Position numbers and translations under genes: made by a program. Of a DNA stretch of 64,000 nucleotides, positions 50,001 to 60,730 are shown one piece after another; the stretch's first letter is position 1, and each line of letters starts with the position of its first letter. Source of the stretch: an uncultured virus (IMG/VR IMGVR_UViG_3300038805_000284) (Duplodnaviria; Heunggongvirae; Uroviricota; Caudoviricetes); the IMG/VR virus record IMGVR_UViG_3300038805_000284; one strand, given 5' to 3'. Below the pieces are notes generated by a model. The model was given only the letters and a program-made list of their open reading frames with translations. It searched no databases and was not told where the DNA came from.

Positions 50001-52539
50001 AACCAAATCCAATCTTTATGTTTTCGGCTATAAATAATGCCCGTCCAACCTTTACGGGTATCTTTATCGTAGTACTTAAACGATACGAACCTAGATGCGG
50101 ATTTTAACCCAATACTGTCTAGTGCTTTCCTTAGTTCGTTTTTAAGAAGAGTGTATTCAGGAACAGTATAATAAGGACCCCACCCACACACACGGCATTC
50201 AGGATATACCCATGATCCCTCTTTATTAAAAGTAAACTCCATTGAAGGGCAGCCTATTTTTTTACATGACCACCATATAGGGTAGATCTGCTCTAAGGGA
50301 TCTTCTGAATGCCTCCTTATAGGACCGTATTGTTTTGATTTGTTAATGAGATTATGTCGGTATGAGAAATTCACCCCATAGTAACCTAATACATTATCAA
50401 TGGAATACGGATCTAATCCGCCCCTTGTATTGAAATAATCATTGTACGGTATTTTAACCATTACTCGCCCCTACTTGAGTTTACGTAAACAACTTTCATA
50501 ATCTTTCTACTATTTTTTTTGAACCTTTTCAATCATTTTACTTCTGTCCAATCGTAATTGTAATGTCCTATAAGGGTTGACAACTTCATAACGTCTTTTT
50601 TAGGCATTTTTAAAGTAATTTCAGGGCGCTTAACTGCCATACACACGTTTCCGTAATAAGCACGTTTTAAGAAGTCGGTTAGAATATCTTTAAAGTTATC
50701 TTCGCCATCTACATACCTGTAACTGAAAACTACCCACTCTTCATCAAACTCCACCAGCAAAAAGAATGGTTTCTCCCAACCACACCTCCAAAGCAAACTT
50801 TCAACATTTTTCAACTTTTTGTTTGAATGCTCTTTCTCTACTTCTTTTATGTTCTTTTTTATAGTTTCGAGAAACTTAATACCCAATTTAGCCTCAAGCA
50901 TTTGAACCGTCCATTGAATCTTTTTTTATTTTCTTTTTTCGAAGTTCTATTTTTAGCTGTGCTTGTGCAGTCGATAACATGCTATAGGCTAACCCTATAA
51001 CTTCCCATGCCTGATACAAAACAGCATCTTCACCAAAATATTCTTCAATTTTTATTTCTGCCCTATTACCTGACAGTATGGACATAGCTTTATTGCAACT
51101 GTCCCTGCTTTCTTGGACTGAACAGATAGCCTCGTAAATTTTCTCTTCTGTGATCATTTTACGACATCCTCTTTATTCAAAGAGGTTACCGTTGATTGTT
51201 CAGAATTGATATAATTCTTATAGGATTCTAGGTACTGAATAATATCGTTTAACGGAATAATATCGACACCGGTATCATGTAAAAACAGCTTCGCCCATTT
51301 GCACCCCATTAAAGCAGATGCCAACTCATTACTTGCAGATTCTAACAAGTCTTTTCTCGTTAATTCCTTATCCCAAGGTTTCATTTTAATAATCTTTGAA
51401 TCTAGTATAATGAATCCAGCAAAAATTAACAGGAGTAAAACCACAGAACACCATAACACTTTTGGGTTCACTACTTCACTGGAAGTTTGTTTTTGTTCAT
51501 TTCCATGTTAAATATACTTTCAAAAGTTACTTAGCACGCCCTGTAGGATTCGAACCTACGACATTCGGCTTAGAAGGCCGATGCTCTATCCAACTGAGCT
51601 AAGGGCGCGTTCCGTGGTCTAATTATAAACCTATTTTCAAGGTTTTGTCAAGGATTTTCAGCAAATTCTTTAACCCCTTTCGACATTTCTTCTCTTTCCT
51701 TTTTGCGAATTTCCGAAAGAAATTCATTCTTTCGTTCCCATACAAGGATGCTTAAGTAATCGACCTCATCTCTCAACTTTTCAATACTTTTAGCCAATTC
51801 GGGACAAGTTGTTAATTGAGCAGCTTCAGCAATCGCAGAATCTGCGCGTATCAGCGCAACATCTGCATCCCGTTCACGTTCAAATTTTTCACGTATCTTG
51901 TCCATTTAACTTGACAACCTCCTCCCCTCTTCACGGTAATTTTGTAACAGCATAATATATGTCTCGTTACTCATTATTCCCTTCACTTACACTCTTTTTG
52001 CGTCTTTGTGACATCGCTTAATCATTGTCGCAAATTACACAGCGCCAATACGGCTCATCATCTGTATCGGGTTCGCATATTCTCACGGGTGATAAAGAAC
52101 GCATCATCCGATAAAGCACTGGCTTCCTCTCTAGCAAGATCTACCTCTTCACGTAACCCTCTAATTTTATTGATAAACCGGTTTGCACTTATACTGCCAA
52201 CATCTTCTAATACCTCTACAGATCTGCCCAACACATCCTGTGCAGCATCAATATGCAGTTCTGCCCGTGAATACAACTTAAACATTTCAAAACTATTATT
52301 CATTTCTTCCAAGCCTATTCATCAATAGTGTACGCGATATTACGATCATACCTGATACGGCACAAATCATTACGGGTCGCCATTAAACATTTAGAAATAT
52401 CAACAAGCAAAAGCTTCAATGAATCTGTAGAAATTCTTATGTCGCTTAAAGCATCATACGGTGTTTCAATTGCTTCAGGATCTAATGCCCTTACTATATT
52501 CCGCAACTCATCAAACACTGTTTTTCGTTTATCTGTCAT
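47050..52539 (-). CDS. Array of ~14 small hypothetical genes (Zn-ribbon: 47050, 47846, 48911, 49485, 49853; short helical: 47438, 48598, 50533, 50894, 51154, 51648, 52058, 52315; 47655)
   Basis: ORF track. The genes are tightly packed, co-oriented and often overlap by 4 nt. Confidence 0.55.
48561..48589 (-). promoter_or_regulatory. Sigma70-like promoter
   Basis: TTGACT-17-TAAAAT. Near-identical spacer/-10 sequences (TTTCCTGTAAAAT) occur at ~45438-45466 and ~53703-53731. Confidence 0.65.
51535..51608 (-). tRNA. tRNA-Arg (TCT)
   Basis: GCGCCCTTAGCTCAGTTGGATAGAGCATCGGCCTTCTAAGCCGAATGTCGTAGGTTCGAATCCTACAGGGCGTG. A TTGACA...TATAAT promoter lies immediately upstream (~51622-51651). Confidence 0.93.
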
Positions 52540-52754
52540 TTTTCAGGCCTCCCTATCCTTAATGAATCCTTCAATGAATTTTTCCAACGAAAAGTACCGA
52601 CGGCACTACCTGGTCTTCACCCGTTTTAGTGGACAGAAAGGATTACCGTCGTCTTCACCGGTAAAGTAGATATGCATCCGGCTGACTTTCTGCCCCGTAC
52701 GCTCCTCAAGTAAGCAATGGACTGTTCACAATTTGCAAAGTTATGCATCATTTT

Positions 52755-53483
52755 TTACCTCCAAGGTTTCAATTTCCCTGCCAAAGATTCGTGAACAAAT
52801 AATTTTTCACAAGTTTCCGTTGTTGTTCCGCTTCCATCATGCACAAAGGTTCTACCTTTCATTTCCTTAACAGTAATGAAATCTTCTGGTGAATTAAATT
52901 CTGAAATCACCACCATATTGTTTCGGCTCCACTTCCTCATGACATTCCAAAACAAATCATGATCAAATTTTTCTATCCTGTCATACGGCTTTGTATTTTC
53001 ATATGGAGGATCACAGTAAACTAATTTGTTGTCCGGCGCATAACTTAAATAGCTGCCATGCGTGAAAGTAACGTCTTTCAGTTTTTCCAACTTTCTTAAT
53101 AAAGAGTTTTTCGCCACCAATGCAAAGTTTCTATCAGTACCGTCTCTCTCTTTTTGTCTGGCAAAACCTTGCATAAACCTTCCACCATACGTACACCCGA
53201 AACCGATAAACGCTGTCAAAGGATCATTTTCAGGCATTTTTTCTTTGTACTCCCTGAACATTTCTTCTGAAACATTGTCAGGCGGTATCCAGCCATCCTG
53301 CAATGCCTTCCACATAGTGATTAAATGGCTGTTAATGTCGCTTGCGTGCCGTTTCCCGGACATTTCGATGGTTACCCAGGCCCCGCCAACAAACGGCTCA
53401 AAATAGTCCCTAGAGCCTCTTACGGACTCTAAGTATTCTGCGACTTGTTTTCGGATCAAAAATTTGCCGCCAACGTATCTCAT
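52755..53483 (-). CDS. DNA adenine methyltransferase (Dam-like)
   Basis: 'MRYVGGK', 'YFEPFVGG', 'VYCDPPY', 'VISE'. Confidence 0.9.
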   Translation of the reverse strand: MRYVGGKFLIRKQVAEYLESVRGSRDYFEPFVGGAWVTIEMSGKRHASDINSHLITMWKALQDGWIPPDNVSEEMFREYKEKMPENDPLTAFIGFGCTYGGRFMQGFARQKERDGTDRNFALVAKNSLLRKLEKLKDVTFTHGSYLSYAPDNKLVYCDPPYENTKPYDRIEKFDHDLFWNVMRKWSRNNMVVISEFNSPEDFITVKEMKGRTFVHDGSGTTTETCEKLFVHESLAGKLKPWR

Positions 53484-53748
53484 TACTTCTTAACTTTCTT
53501 GGACTTTTGGATTTGCATTCCAAGAACCTCTTCAGGTTCTTGGAATATGTTTTTCAGATTGTTTACAGCACGTCTTACAGAAGGTAAGTGGCTGTAGTTT
53601 GATGTGGTGGCGACAAGAGTTCCGTTCCTGTAAACTTCTCCATAATAAACACGCATAAATTTGAACCTTTCGGTTATGTGTTTTTTGAAGCCGATTATGA
53701 GTATTTTACAGGAAATTGGGAAGAATTGCAAGGAAAATTGCAGGTTTT

Positions 53749-54454
53749 TTAGTCGTTTTCAAGGGAACGTTTCTTTTTTAAAAAATCCCTGTGATCTTCG
53801 AAAAGTCTTTCTAAATCACGTCTGTTCAAGGTTATTCCTGACTTGTTTGATTCTGCTTCATATTCATCACAAAGATTTTCAAGTTCTTGATCTGTGGAAT
53901 CGAAACGAACATCATCAATCATTGCCCAGTAAACCCAATCTTCTAAATGTTCGCCTGAGAGTTCAGGGAAGCCTTCTGTAGAATTGTTTGCCTGCCTGTC
54001 AACACGGTCTTGTCGATAATAGTTTTCACCCGTGTCGACAAGGGAACGTTTCTTTTTTAAAAAATCCCTGTGATCTTCGAAAAGTCTTTCTAAATCACGT
54101 CTGTTCAAGGTTATTCCTGACTTGTTTGATTCTGCTTCATATTCATCACAAAGATTTTCAAGTTCNNNNNNNNNNNNNNNNNNNNNNNNNNNNNNNNNNN
54201 NNNNNNNNNNNNNNNNNNNNNNNNNNNNNNNNNNNNNNNNNNNNNNNNNNNNNNNNNNNNNNNNNTTGATCTGTGGAATCGAAACGAACATCATCAATCA
54301 TTGCCCAGTAAACCCAATCTTCTAAATGTTCGCCTGAGAGTTCAGGGAAGCCTTCTGTAGAGGCGAACCTTCTTTGATCTAATTTATAGTACATATTTGA
54401 AACTCCTGTGTTCAATTCTTGGGCGAACCTTCTTTGATCTAATTTATAGTACAT
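53749..54454 (-). CDS. Tandem-domain acidic protein (279-bp repeat units; interrupted by an assembly gap)
   Basis: Two copies of STEGFPELSGEHLEDWVYWAMIDDVRFDSTDQELENLCDEYEAES..., a duplicated 60-bp leader and a 100-N gap inside one repeat copy. Confidence 0.6.
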
Positions 54455-54535
54455 ATTTGAAACTCCTTGTAATAGTGAAAAAATTACAAGTCTATATTAC
54501 CCCCCTCTTTAATAAAATCCTTAAGGGGGGGGGTA

Positions 54536-54832
54536 TTAATTAGTCACTTTTTCATACTCCATTGTTACGTATGCGTGACAACCCTTATTTGATAAGCTTT
54601 CATACCCGTCAATCGGGACAATCGACCTTAACGTATCCTCTCCGATTTTCTCATAACCTGCATACATATCTCCTTCCGATTCAGTTGTTTTAAGATAGTC
54701 GTTAACTGCCTTGGCCATCTCCGTAAAGTCTCTAAAAGTACGGCCTTTAAATTGATCCGTAATGGCGAATGAATCAACAAGGTCTTCACCTCCATCTGAA
54801 ACGATTACATGAACATTTTTGAATTTATACAT
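54536..54832 (-). CDS. Hypothetical protein
   Basis: 98-aa ORF. Confidence 0.5.
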   Translation of the reverse strand: MYKFKNVHVIVSDGGEDLVDSFAITDQFKGRTFRDFTEMAKAVNDYLKTTESEGDMYAGYEKIGEDTLRSIVPIDGYESLSNKGCHAYVTMEYEKVTN

Positions 54833-54852
54833 TTTTCACGTAACCTTTATGT

Positions 54853-55617
54853 TTATTTTTTAGATTTCTTGGAAACTTCTTGCACTTCAATAGTAGAGGG
54901 GTACCACCTTACTTCTATAAAATCTCCATGAAGATTCAGAAGTGTGTATATTTTTCTATTTTTATATCTAGGACCTTCTCCTAACATATTTACGGTTTCC
55001 CCGGGATGTATTTCTGTTTTAAAGTCTACCGTTTCATCTAGCAACTCTTTCTCGGTTCTTTTATCCCACAAAATTAATGATCCTTTTATGTTCAGTACAA
55101 TATCTTTGCTGACATTTTTTACAGAGACTTTACAGGTAACGAATAAACTCTTTTCTGAAAGGTTCTCTGCCATGCACCATTGATATTCGATTACTACGGG
55201 GTAGTAACTCCTTTTTTCCTTCCAATACTCTTCTCTTCTCTTCTTTTCTGCTAGAAACTTCTCTTCCCTCTTCCGTTCTTCTTCTAAGAGTTTTTGCTTT
55301 TTTTGCCATTCTTCTATGCGCCGTTCCCGTTCTATGCGCCGTTCCTCTTCAAGACGTTCCCTTCTTTCTTCGAGACGTTTTCTTTCTTTTTCTGCTTCCT
55401 CTTCAAGATGCTTTTGATACGCTTCTGGGTCCAAAGACTCTTTATAATTATCAGAATTCTCTTTCAGTTCTTCATTAGCCTTTAAAGACTCTTTTACGGA
55501 TTCTTTTGTACCGTATTCGACAGGCGTTAAGGCAAAACATCCCGAAAAGAACATTGCGACAACAAAACACGTTAACATCATTTTATTCACCATTTTCCTT
55601 AAAAAAGTTACATTCAA
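54853..55617 (-). CDS. Putative lipoprotein/membrane protein with charged coiled coil
   Basis: Lipobox-like 'FFSGC', an E/R/K coiled coil and a C-terminal beta domain. Confidence 0.55.
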   Translation of the reverse strand: MNVTFLRKMVNKMMLTCFVVAMFFSGCFALTPVEYGTKESVKESLKANEELKENSDNYKESLDPEAYQKHLEEEAEKERKRLEERRERLEEERRIERERRIEEWQKKQKLLEEERKREEKFLAEKKRREEYWKEKRSYYPVVIEYQWCMAENLSEKSLFVTCKVSVKNVSKDIVLNIKGSLILWDKRTEKELLDETVDFKTEIHPGETVNMLGEGPRYKNRKIYTLLNLHGDFIEVRWYPSTIEVQEVSKKSKK

Positions 55618-56576
55618 ATCCCGACAAAATTTTCTGCTTTTTGTACGGCATACTCAATACAGTCTACTTTCTTTATCAAACCTACCAAAAACACTACTCT
55701 TTCGTTCTTTTCGTCTTTGATTTCCAGCGTTCCAGTCAACATTCCGCCATGAATATCCGTACCGGAATGAAGAGCGATAGTGACATTATTCGCACCAAAA
55801 GAACGCAAGGATCTCGAAAGTTGTTCAGAACAAAAAGGTGCCGCATATGATCTGCCTTTACAGCGTTCCACGCCATTGTTCTTAACTTCGATAACGGCAT
55901 TATGGGATACTACCAAAAATTCCGTACCTACCGTTGCCAGGTAAACTTCATCTGATTGCAGGTTTTTTACAGTTTTCGCAACATCCGACGCTTTTGCGTA
56001 AACTTTAAACTCAACTTCACGATCCTCTGTCAAAATCCGAACAGCATTTGTTGGCGAAATTGTTTCTAAACGGTAATTTTCACAAGTCTCGCCATCATTA
56101 TCGTAAACACCCTCCGGCCAAGGCTTTTCAGGTTTTTCCCAAACATAACGGCGGCTATCCGTTTTCCAATGAGAAACGCCGTCCGAATTGATTAGCCCAA
56201 AATCGTCATGCCAATTTTCAACTAGTTTTTGTTTCATGAACGTAGAAAGAGGACTTTTAAAGGTTTCGCTTTTAGCCGGTTCCCAACCTTGCGTTTTAAA
56301 CGTGTAATACCCTCTTGCCGGTTTCTCAAGAGTCACAACTAAATTATCATTTTCCCCAATTTTAACAGTTGCCATTGGACATTTTTTGGCCAAATCCAAA
56401 ATGTATTTCGGCAATTGTCCCGGTTTCTGTTTCAGTAGTTTTTTGACATCGGCAGGGACTTCTTTGCCGGACTTGAAACGGTAATCAGAAAGCACATCTG
56501 CGTCGCCCCATTTAACAGGACGCAACCCATCGATAATTCCGCCGCTATTTACGAAGTCTTTAAAAAAGGTTTCCAT
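55614..56576 (-). CDS. Hypothetical protein, possible divergent sliding-clamp-like fold
   Basis: 'WKTDSRR' resembles the clamp ATDxxR motif. The C-terminal pattern is 'F....L..SL..F....VTIAL...LEIKD....VFLV'. Confidence 0.3.
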   Translation of the reverse strand: METFFKDFVNSGGIIDGLRPVKWGDADVLSDYRFKSGKEVPADVKKLLKQKPGQLPKYILDLAKKCPMATVKIGENDNLVVTLEKPARGYYTFKTQGWEPAKSETFKSPLSTFMKQKLVENWHDDFGLINSDGVSHWKTDSRRYVWEKPEKPWPEGVYDNDGETCENYRLETISPTNAVRILTEDREVEFKVYAKASDVAKTVKNLQSDEVYLATVGTEFLVVSHNAVIEVKNNGVERCKGRSYAAPFCSEQLSRSLRSFGANNVTIALHSGTDIHGGMLTGTLEIKDEKNERVVFLVGLIKKVDCIEYAVQKAENFVGI

Positions 56577-56577
56577 T

Positions 56578-56961
56578 TTATTCTCCTTTTAAGGCTTTTT
56601 CTTCAATTTGAAGGTTTCTGGTTATTGCCGATTTTTCAGAAAAAGTTTCCCCGTACCTGGCTCGCAACTTATTCACATTTTTAACTTGAACATCTTCTGT
56701 CGAAACATTTAAAACATCCTGTGCGACATTGATGTACCAATAAAGATCCCCAAGTTCTTCAATCAAATTAACCGTATCCAACGGTTTCCCGTAAAAAATA
56801 TGTTTTTTGATTGCATCTAAAAACTCACCTGCTTCTGTAGCAACCCCCATTGCAGCATGTAAAAGACGAATAATAGAATCTTGAGAAACACGTTCACTGA
56901 TAAGATTCATGTCTGTAGATTCAGTTTTCAAAACTTCTTTCAAATACTCTTTGTTGTCCAT
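56578..56961 (-). CDS. MazG-like nucleotide pyrophosphohydrolase
   Basis: 'LHAAMGVATEAGEFLDAIKK..FYGK.LD..NL.EELGDL.WY...N..KL.ARY'. Confidence 0.9.
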   Translation of the reverse strand: MDNKEYLKEVLKTESTDMNLISERVSQDSIIRLLHAAMGVATEAGEFLDAIKKHIFYGKPLDTVNLIEELGDLYWYINVAQDVLNVSTEDVQVKNVNKLRARYGETFSEKSAITRNLQIEEKALKGE

Positions 56962-57060
56962 TTTCTGTCCTTATTTTGTGAATGATTTTCTAAGAATCTG
57001 TCTAAGATTATGCCCGTTTTACGGGCAAAAGTCAACAAAAAATAATTTTTAACATTTTTC

Positions 57061-57089
57061 TTTACTGGGCACCAAATCTAGTGTATACT
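57061..57089 (+). promoter_or_regulatory. tmRNA promoter
   Basis: TTTACT-17-TATACT with extended -10 TG, ~22 nt upstream of the tmRNA 5' end. Confidence 0.7.
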
Positions 57090-57111
57090 GGTATCATGTT
57101 CTTTGAAAATT

Positions 57112-57573
57112 GGGGCCGAAATGGTTTTTCGACTAAACAAACAAGCAATGAGCTGCATGTCCTATGACCATGGGTTAAGAGTCACTCCAAGTAAGTTGCA
57201 ATTCATGTTTTCTTCAAGCTGCATAAGACAGCTTGTGTGCACCTGCTGAGGCTCTCATAGGCAGTGTTGCGCATCATTTATGAGGGGGTTTTTTCTCCGT
57301 GTGAAAGTGTTGTTTCTGTTTAAACTCTTTTACAGGTTTGTTGTTGTTTTAGGTGTCCGGCAATTGGTTTTCTTACATTTTACCAATTATCGGAATTCCG
57401 TTCTGCGCTTTACTTTCCCTTCCTTTGGTAGAGTGTGGAAAAAATTGTGCCGATAAGTGTTTTAGCGTTTTTGATTATCGGCACACCTCCTTTGCCATTT
57501 CTAAACGCAAAAGCATGTATAATTGCTGTTGCAGTATTCGTTTAGGACTCGGGTTCGATTCCCGACGGCTCCA
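57112..57573 (+). ncRNA. ssrA: tmRNA
   Basis: 5' end GGGGCCGAAATGGTTTTTCGAC and 3' end GACTCGGGTTCGATTCCCGACGGCTCCA with a G3-U alanine acceptor pair. The tag frame 57197-57226 encodes CNSCFLQAA*. Confidence 0.9.
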
Positions 57574-57700
57574 CTAAAAAATTTATTGGGTGTTATTGGG
57601 TGTTATTGGGTGTTTAAAGGGGGAGGGGAGGTTTTAAGATAACCCCGTCAATTCCTAGAAATCATCATCATCATCATCACCATCTTCGTATTTAACACAA

Positions 57701-57730
57701 ATTATACCCCCCCCCCTAAAGGTAAGTCAA
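57701..57730 (-). promoter_or_regulatory. Sigma70-like promoter with G10 tract in the spacer
   Basis: TTGACT-18 bp (including G10)-TATAAT. Confidence 0.55.
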
Positions 57731-58218
57731 CAAAATTTAAAATTTAATGAAAGAGTTGACAAGTCATGCCGAGGGAAGTAGGAAGTTCCTAAAAAAATCA
57801 CAAGTTAAGATTAAGAGAATCTTTAGAAGGCTCTATGTCCGTAAGCTCAAATTTCCTGATTTTGATCCCTACTTCTGCCCGGTATAATGTAATTTCTTTT
57901 TTACGCCAATTTTCCATCTCTTCTTCATTGGGCTTGATTAAGTAGTCCGTTACCAAAAAAGAAGTCGTTAGCGTGTTTTTTCTGTCCAAAATTAACGGAG
58001 TGTGCATTCCATCAAAATACTCAAAAAACTGCCTGAAATCGGTCCTGCAACGCCACCTCTTCAAACCTCATCTATAATCAGATCAACAGCATAAAAACAT
58101 TCTGAACCATTGTGGTAATCTACGTAAAAAGAAACTACAGCATCTCCATCTTCAGTTCCAATTTCCTCAAAACCGTATTTGTGAAATTTGAATTGAATTC
58201 CCGTCTCACGGTTTTACT

Positions 58219-58860
58219 TCACTTCTCCACTGCGTAAAAACCACTTTCAGAGTCAAATTCTATGGAATAACCATTCATTTCTGCAAATCTTTTTTTAAAT
58301 TTTTCAAGATTCACAGCTTCACATGCCAAACCATACTGGTCGCCTTGTCCAGCATTAAAAATATCCGAAGTATAGTATCTTAAATCACTCAAGAAATCCT
58401 CTACAGTATAACCGCCAAGATAGCCGCTAATTACTTCATAAGCGATTTCCTCTTTGTTCTCTCTTGTATTTTCTGCAACGAATACAGGTTTTCTGCCATA
58501 TATCTCGTAAATTCCAGGTTTTTCAATAATATTGGAATAGCGACCACTATTTTCTACATCTCCGTAATAATCTACTGGGAGGTATAGGCCTGATTCTTTA
58601 AATACGCCATCATAGTCATCAAAATCAACTTCATCCGATACATAAATGCCAAAAAGGTCAAAATCTTCTTGAGTATACTCTTTATAACCGAACCAAGTCT
58701 CTTTGGCGCTGTACTCAAAAATCATATACATTAAGTATTCGTCAAATTCTATTAACGTTCTGTCAATATATGTATCCATTTTATTGACTTCGGGAGAATC
58801 GCTCATGTCTACGACAAACCCAACAAAATCTTCAAAATCTTCAAATTCGTGAATGTTCAT
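58219..58860 (-). CDS. Highly acidic protein (DNA-mimic candidate)
   Basis: 213 aa, very rich in D/E/Y/F, like the ArdA paralogues. Confidence 0.55.
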   Translation of the reverse strand: MNIHEFEDFEDFVGFVVDMSDSPEVNKMDTYIDRTLIEFDEYLMYMIFEYSAKETWFGYKEYTQEDFDLFGIYVSDEVDFDDYDGVFKESGLYLPVDYYGDVENSGRYSNIIEKPGIYEIYGRKPVFVAENTRENKEEIAYEVISGYLGGYTVEDFLSDLRYYTSDIFNAGQGDQYGLACEAVNLEKFKKRFAEMNGYSIEFDSESGFYAVEK

Positions 58861-58908
58861 AGTTTACCTCATTTTGTCAAAAAAGAATTACAGCATTACC
58901 GTAATTCT

Positions 58909-59319
58909 TTAAATTTCTCCCAAATATACATTGACATTGATTCTCGAAAGTATACCGGCAATCTCTTCATACATGGAAAAATCAAAACCACTAAGATCAT
59001 CGTAACGAATATCTTCAACTTTTCCACCAAACATATCCGCAACCTTGAATGCGAAATCAACAAAAGATTCTTCTAAATTATCATTTCTAAATTCTATCAC
59101 CCCTCCAAGCTCTTCTTGAAGGCTTCTGATTTTATTTTCGACCATCTCTTTGTGATTCATCATTTCCGAAAAGTATTCAAAAGAACTGATTCCTACATCT
59201 TTCAGTTGAGCCTCTAAGTACTCTCTACCCATCCACGGGTAGGTATTTACGTACTTAACATCCATACGTGTATACCCGGTATCTTGAGACGTTTTTATGT
59301 TATTTTCTTTGTAATACAT
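58909..59319 (-). CDS. Acidic hypothetical protein
   Basis: 136 aa. It starts MYYK like the 54454 gene. Confidence 0.55.
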   Translation of the reverse strand: MYYKENNIKTSQDTGYTRMDVKYVNTYPWMGREYLEAQLKDVGISSFEYFSEMMNHKEMVENKIRSLQEELGGVIEFRNDNLEESFVDFAFKVADMFGGKVEDIRYDDLSGFDFSMYEEIAGILSRINVNVYLGEI

Positions 59320-60414
59320 CTCTGATAAACCTTATCCTTTGGCTAAAAAGTACAGTACCACTGTACTCACCTCCATCGTGCAAATATCAAATCCTCATCA
59401 TCATCACCCCCTAATAAGGAGGCCAGTGAGTAAGTTTTTTCTAAAATATTCTCACCGTAATTAGTTTCGTGAATCACATCTACTTTAGAACCTTCTTCTA
59501 TTTTGAATTGCATGTCTAAAACCTCGCTTTTTGTAAAAAAAAGAATTACATTACCATCATATAACAGATTTTAAAAATTACCTAAAGCAAAGAAATTAAC
59601 AAATCACATTTTACATGAAACAATCTACAGAGTCAAGCATGTATTGGAAAGTCTCTAAGGAATTCACTGGAAGTAACGTGAAGTACCTTTTCAGGATGTT
59701 TTAACATCTCCCCAGTACCTTTTCAGGATCTGAACTAAAAAAGTTGTTCGAATTTTGAAAAAATATGGGGGTTTAAAAAGTGTAAAAAAGGGGGGCCCCA
59801 CCCCTGTCAAGCCCTTAATAGGTGTGCCCCATATGCCCCATATACCACTAAAAATCCCGCATTATACACTATATACAGCCCCAAGCCAAGCACATTCTGC
59901 GCATGTATTGATGACATATCTTCATCAAAACTGCGCATTATATCACAAAACGCTAACAAAAGCAATTACATAATGCTAATGTATCAATGAGAATTACTCA
60001 TTATGCAAGGCCAAACATATATGATATAATTATATTCAATTACAGCGAAGCTGTAATTCAGGAATTCTTTCGGAATGATACTATATTATCCCAACAAAGT
60101 CAAGCGAATAATAAAATCAATTCGTAAAGATACCATGAAATTCTTTGCCAGTCAATTGCAAAAGGCTTCATGAATTGCTTCTTACTTTGCCTAGCATAAA
60201 TAACTTTATTTGTCTATAGGTAATTTTCTATTTAAAACGAGCCTTAGAATCGCTTTTGAAGTGTTGCCCAATAGGCTGGCATAGGTTTCAAGATTAAATC
60301 GATTTAAATAATTATTTCATTGACAAATTCTAATGTTAGCTATTTTGAACAGGTTTCGATAGTGTTGCCTATGTAGGCAAAGCTTATCGGAATTGTGTTC
60401 AGTATAATTGAAAT

Positions 60415-60730
60415 AGCGAATTGTTTAATAAATTCAATGGGTTGCAATACTATTGTGAATTGGTGGACATTCAAAATCATACCGCAAAGCATTTGTCAAG
60501 CTAAATCGACAATAATTTTGCGATATATTTTGAAGGTAATTTTAGCGAATTGTTTAATAAATTCAATGGGTTGCAATACTATTGTAATTCACTGGACATT
60601 CAAAATCATACCGCAAAGCATTTGTCAAGCTAAATCGACAATAATTTTGCGATATATTTTGAAGGTAATTTTAGCGAATTGTTTAATAAATTCAATGGGT
60701 TGCAATACTATTGTAATTCACTGGACATTT
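60415..60730. repeat. 129-bp direct tandem repeat (~2.4 copies)
   Basis: AGCGAATTGTTTAATAAATTCAATGGGTTGCAATACTATTGT starts at 60415, 60544 and 60673, with a degenerate copy at 60779. Confidence 0.9.

Noticed and set aside
54166..54265. Run of 100 N and the apparent frameshift between ORFs 53749 and 54158
   Set aside because: This is a scaffolding gap of arbitrary length. The flanks join in frame as in the intact repeat copy.
57353..57577. 74-aa ORF
   Set aside because: It lies inside the tmRNA, and its end is the translated T-arm/acceptor stem.
59400..59420. Another copy of the TATTAAGGGG element
   Set aside because: It falls within a plausible 48-aa ORF (…SLLGGDDDED…) and lacks the palindromic second arm.
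59606..59622. Second parS (ATTTTACATGAAACA)
   Set aside because: Only one half-site matches, which is plausible by chance in AT-rich DNA.
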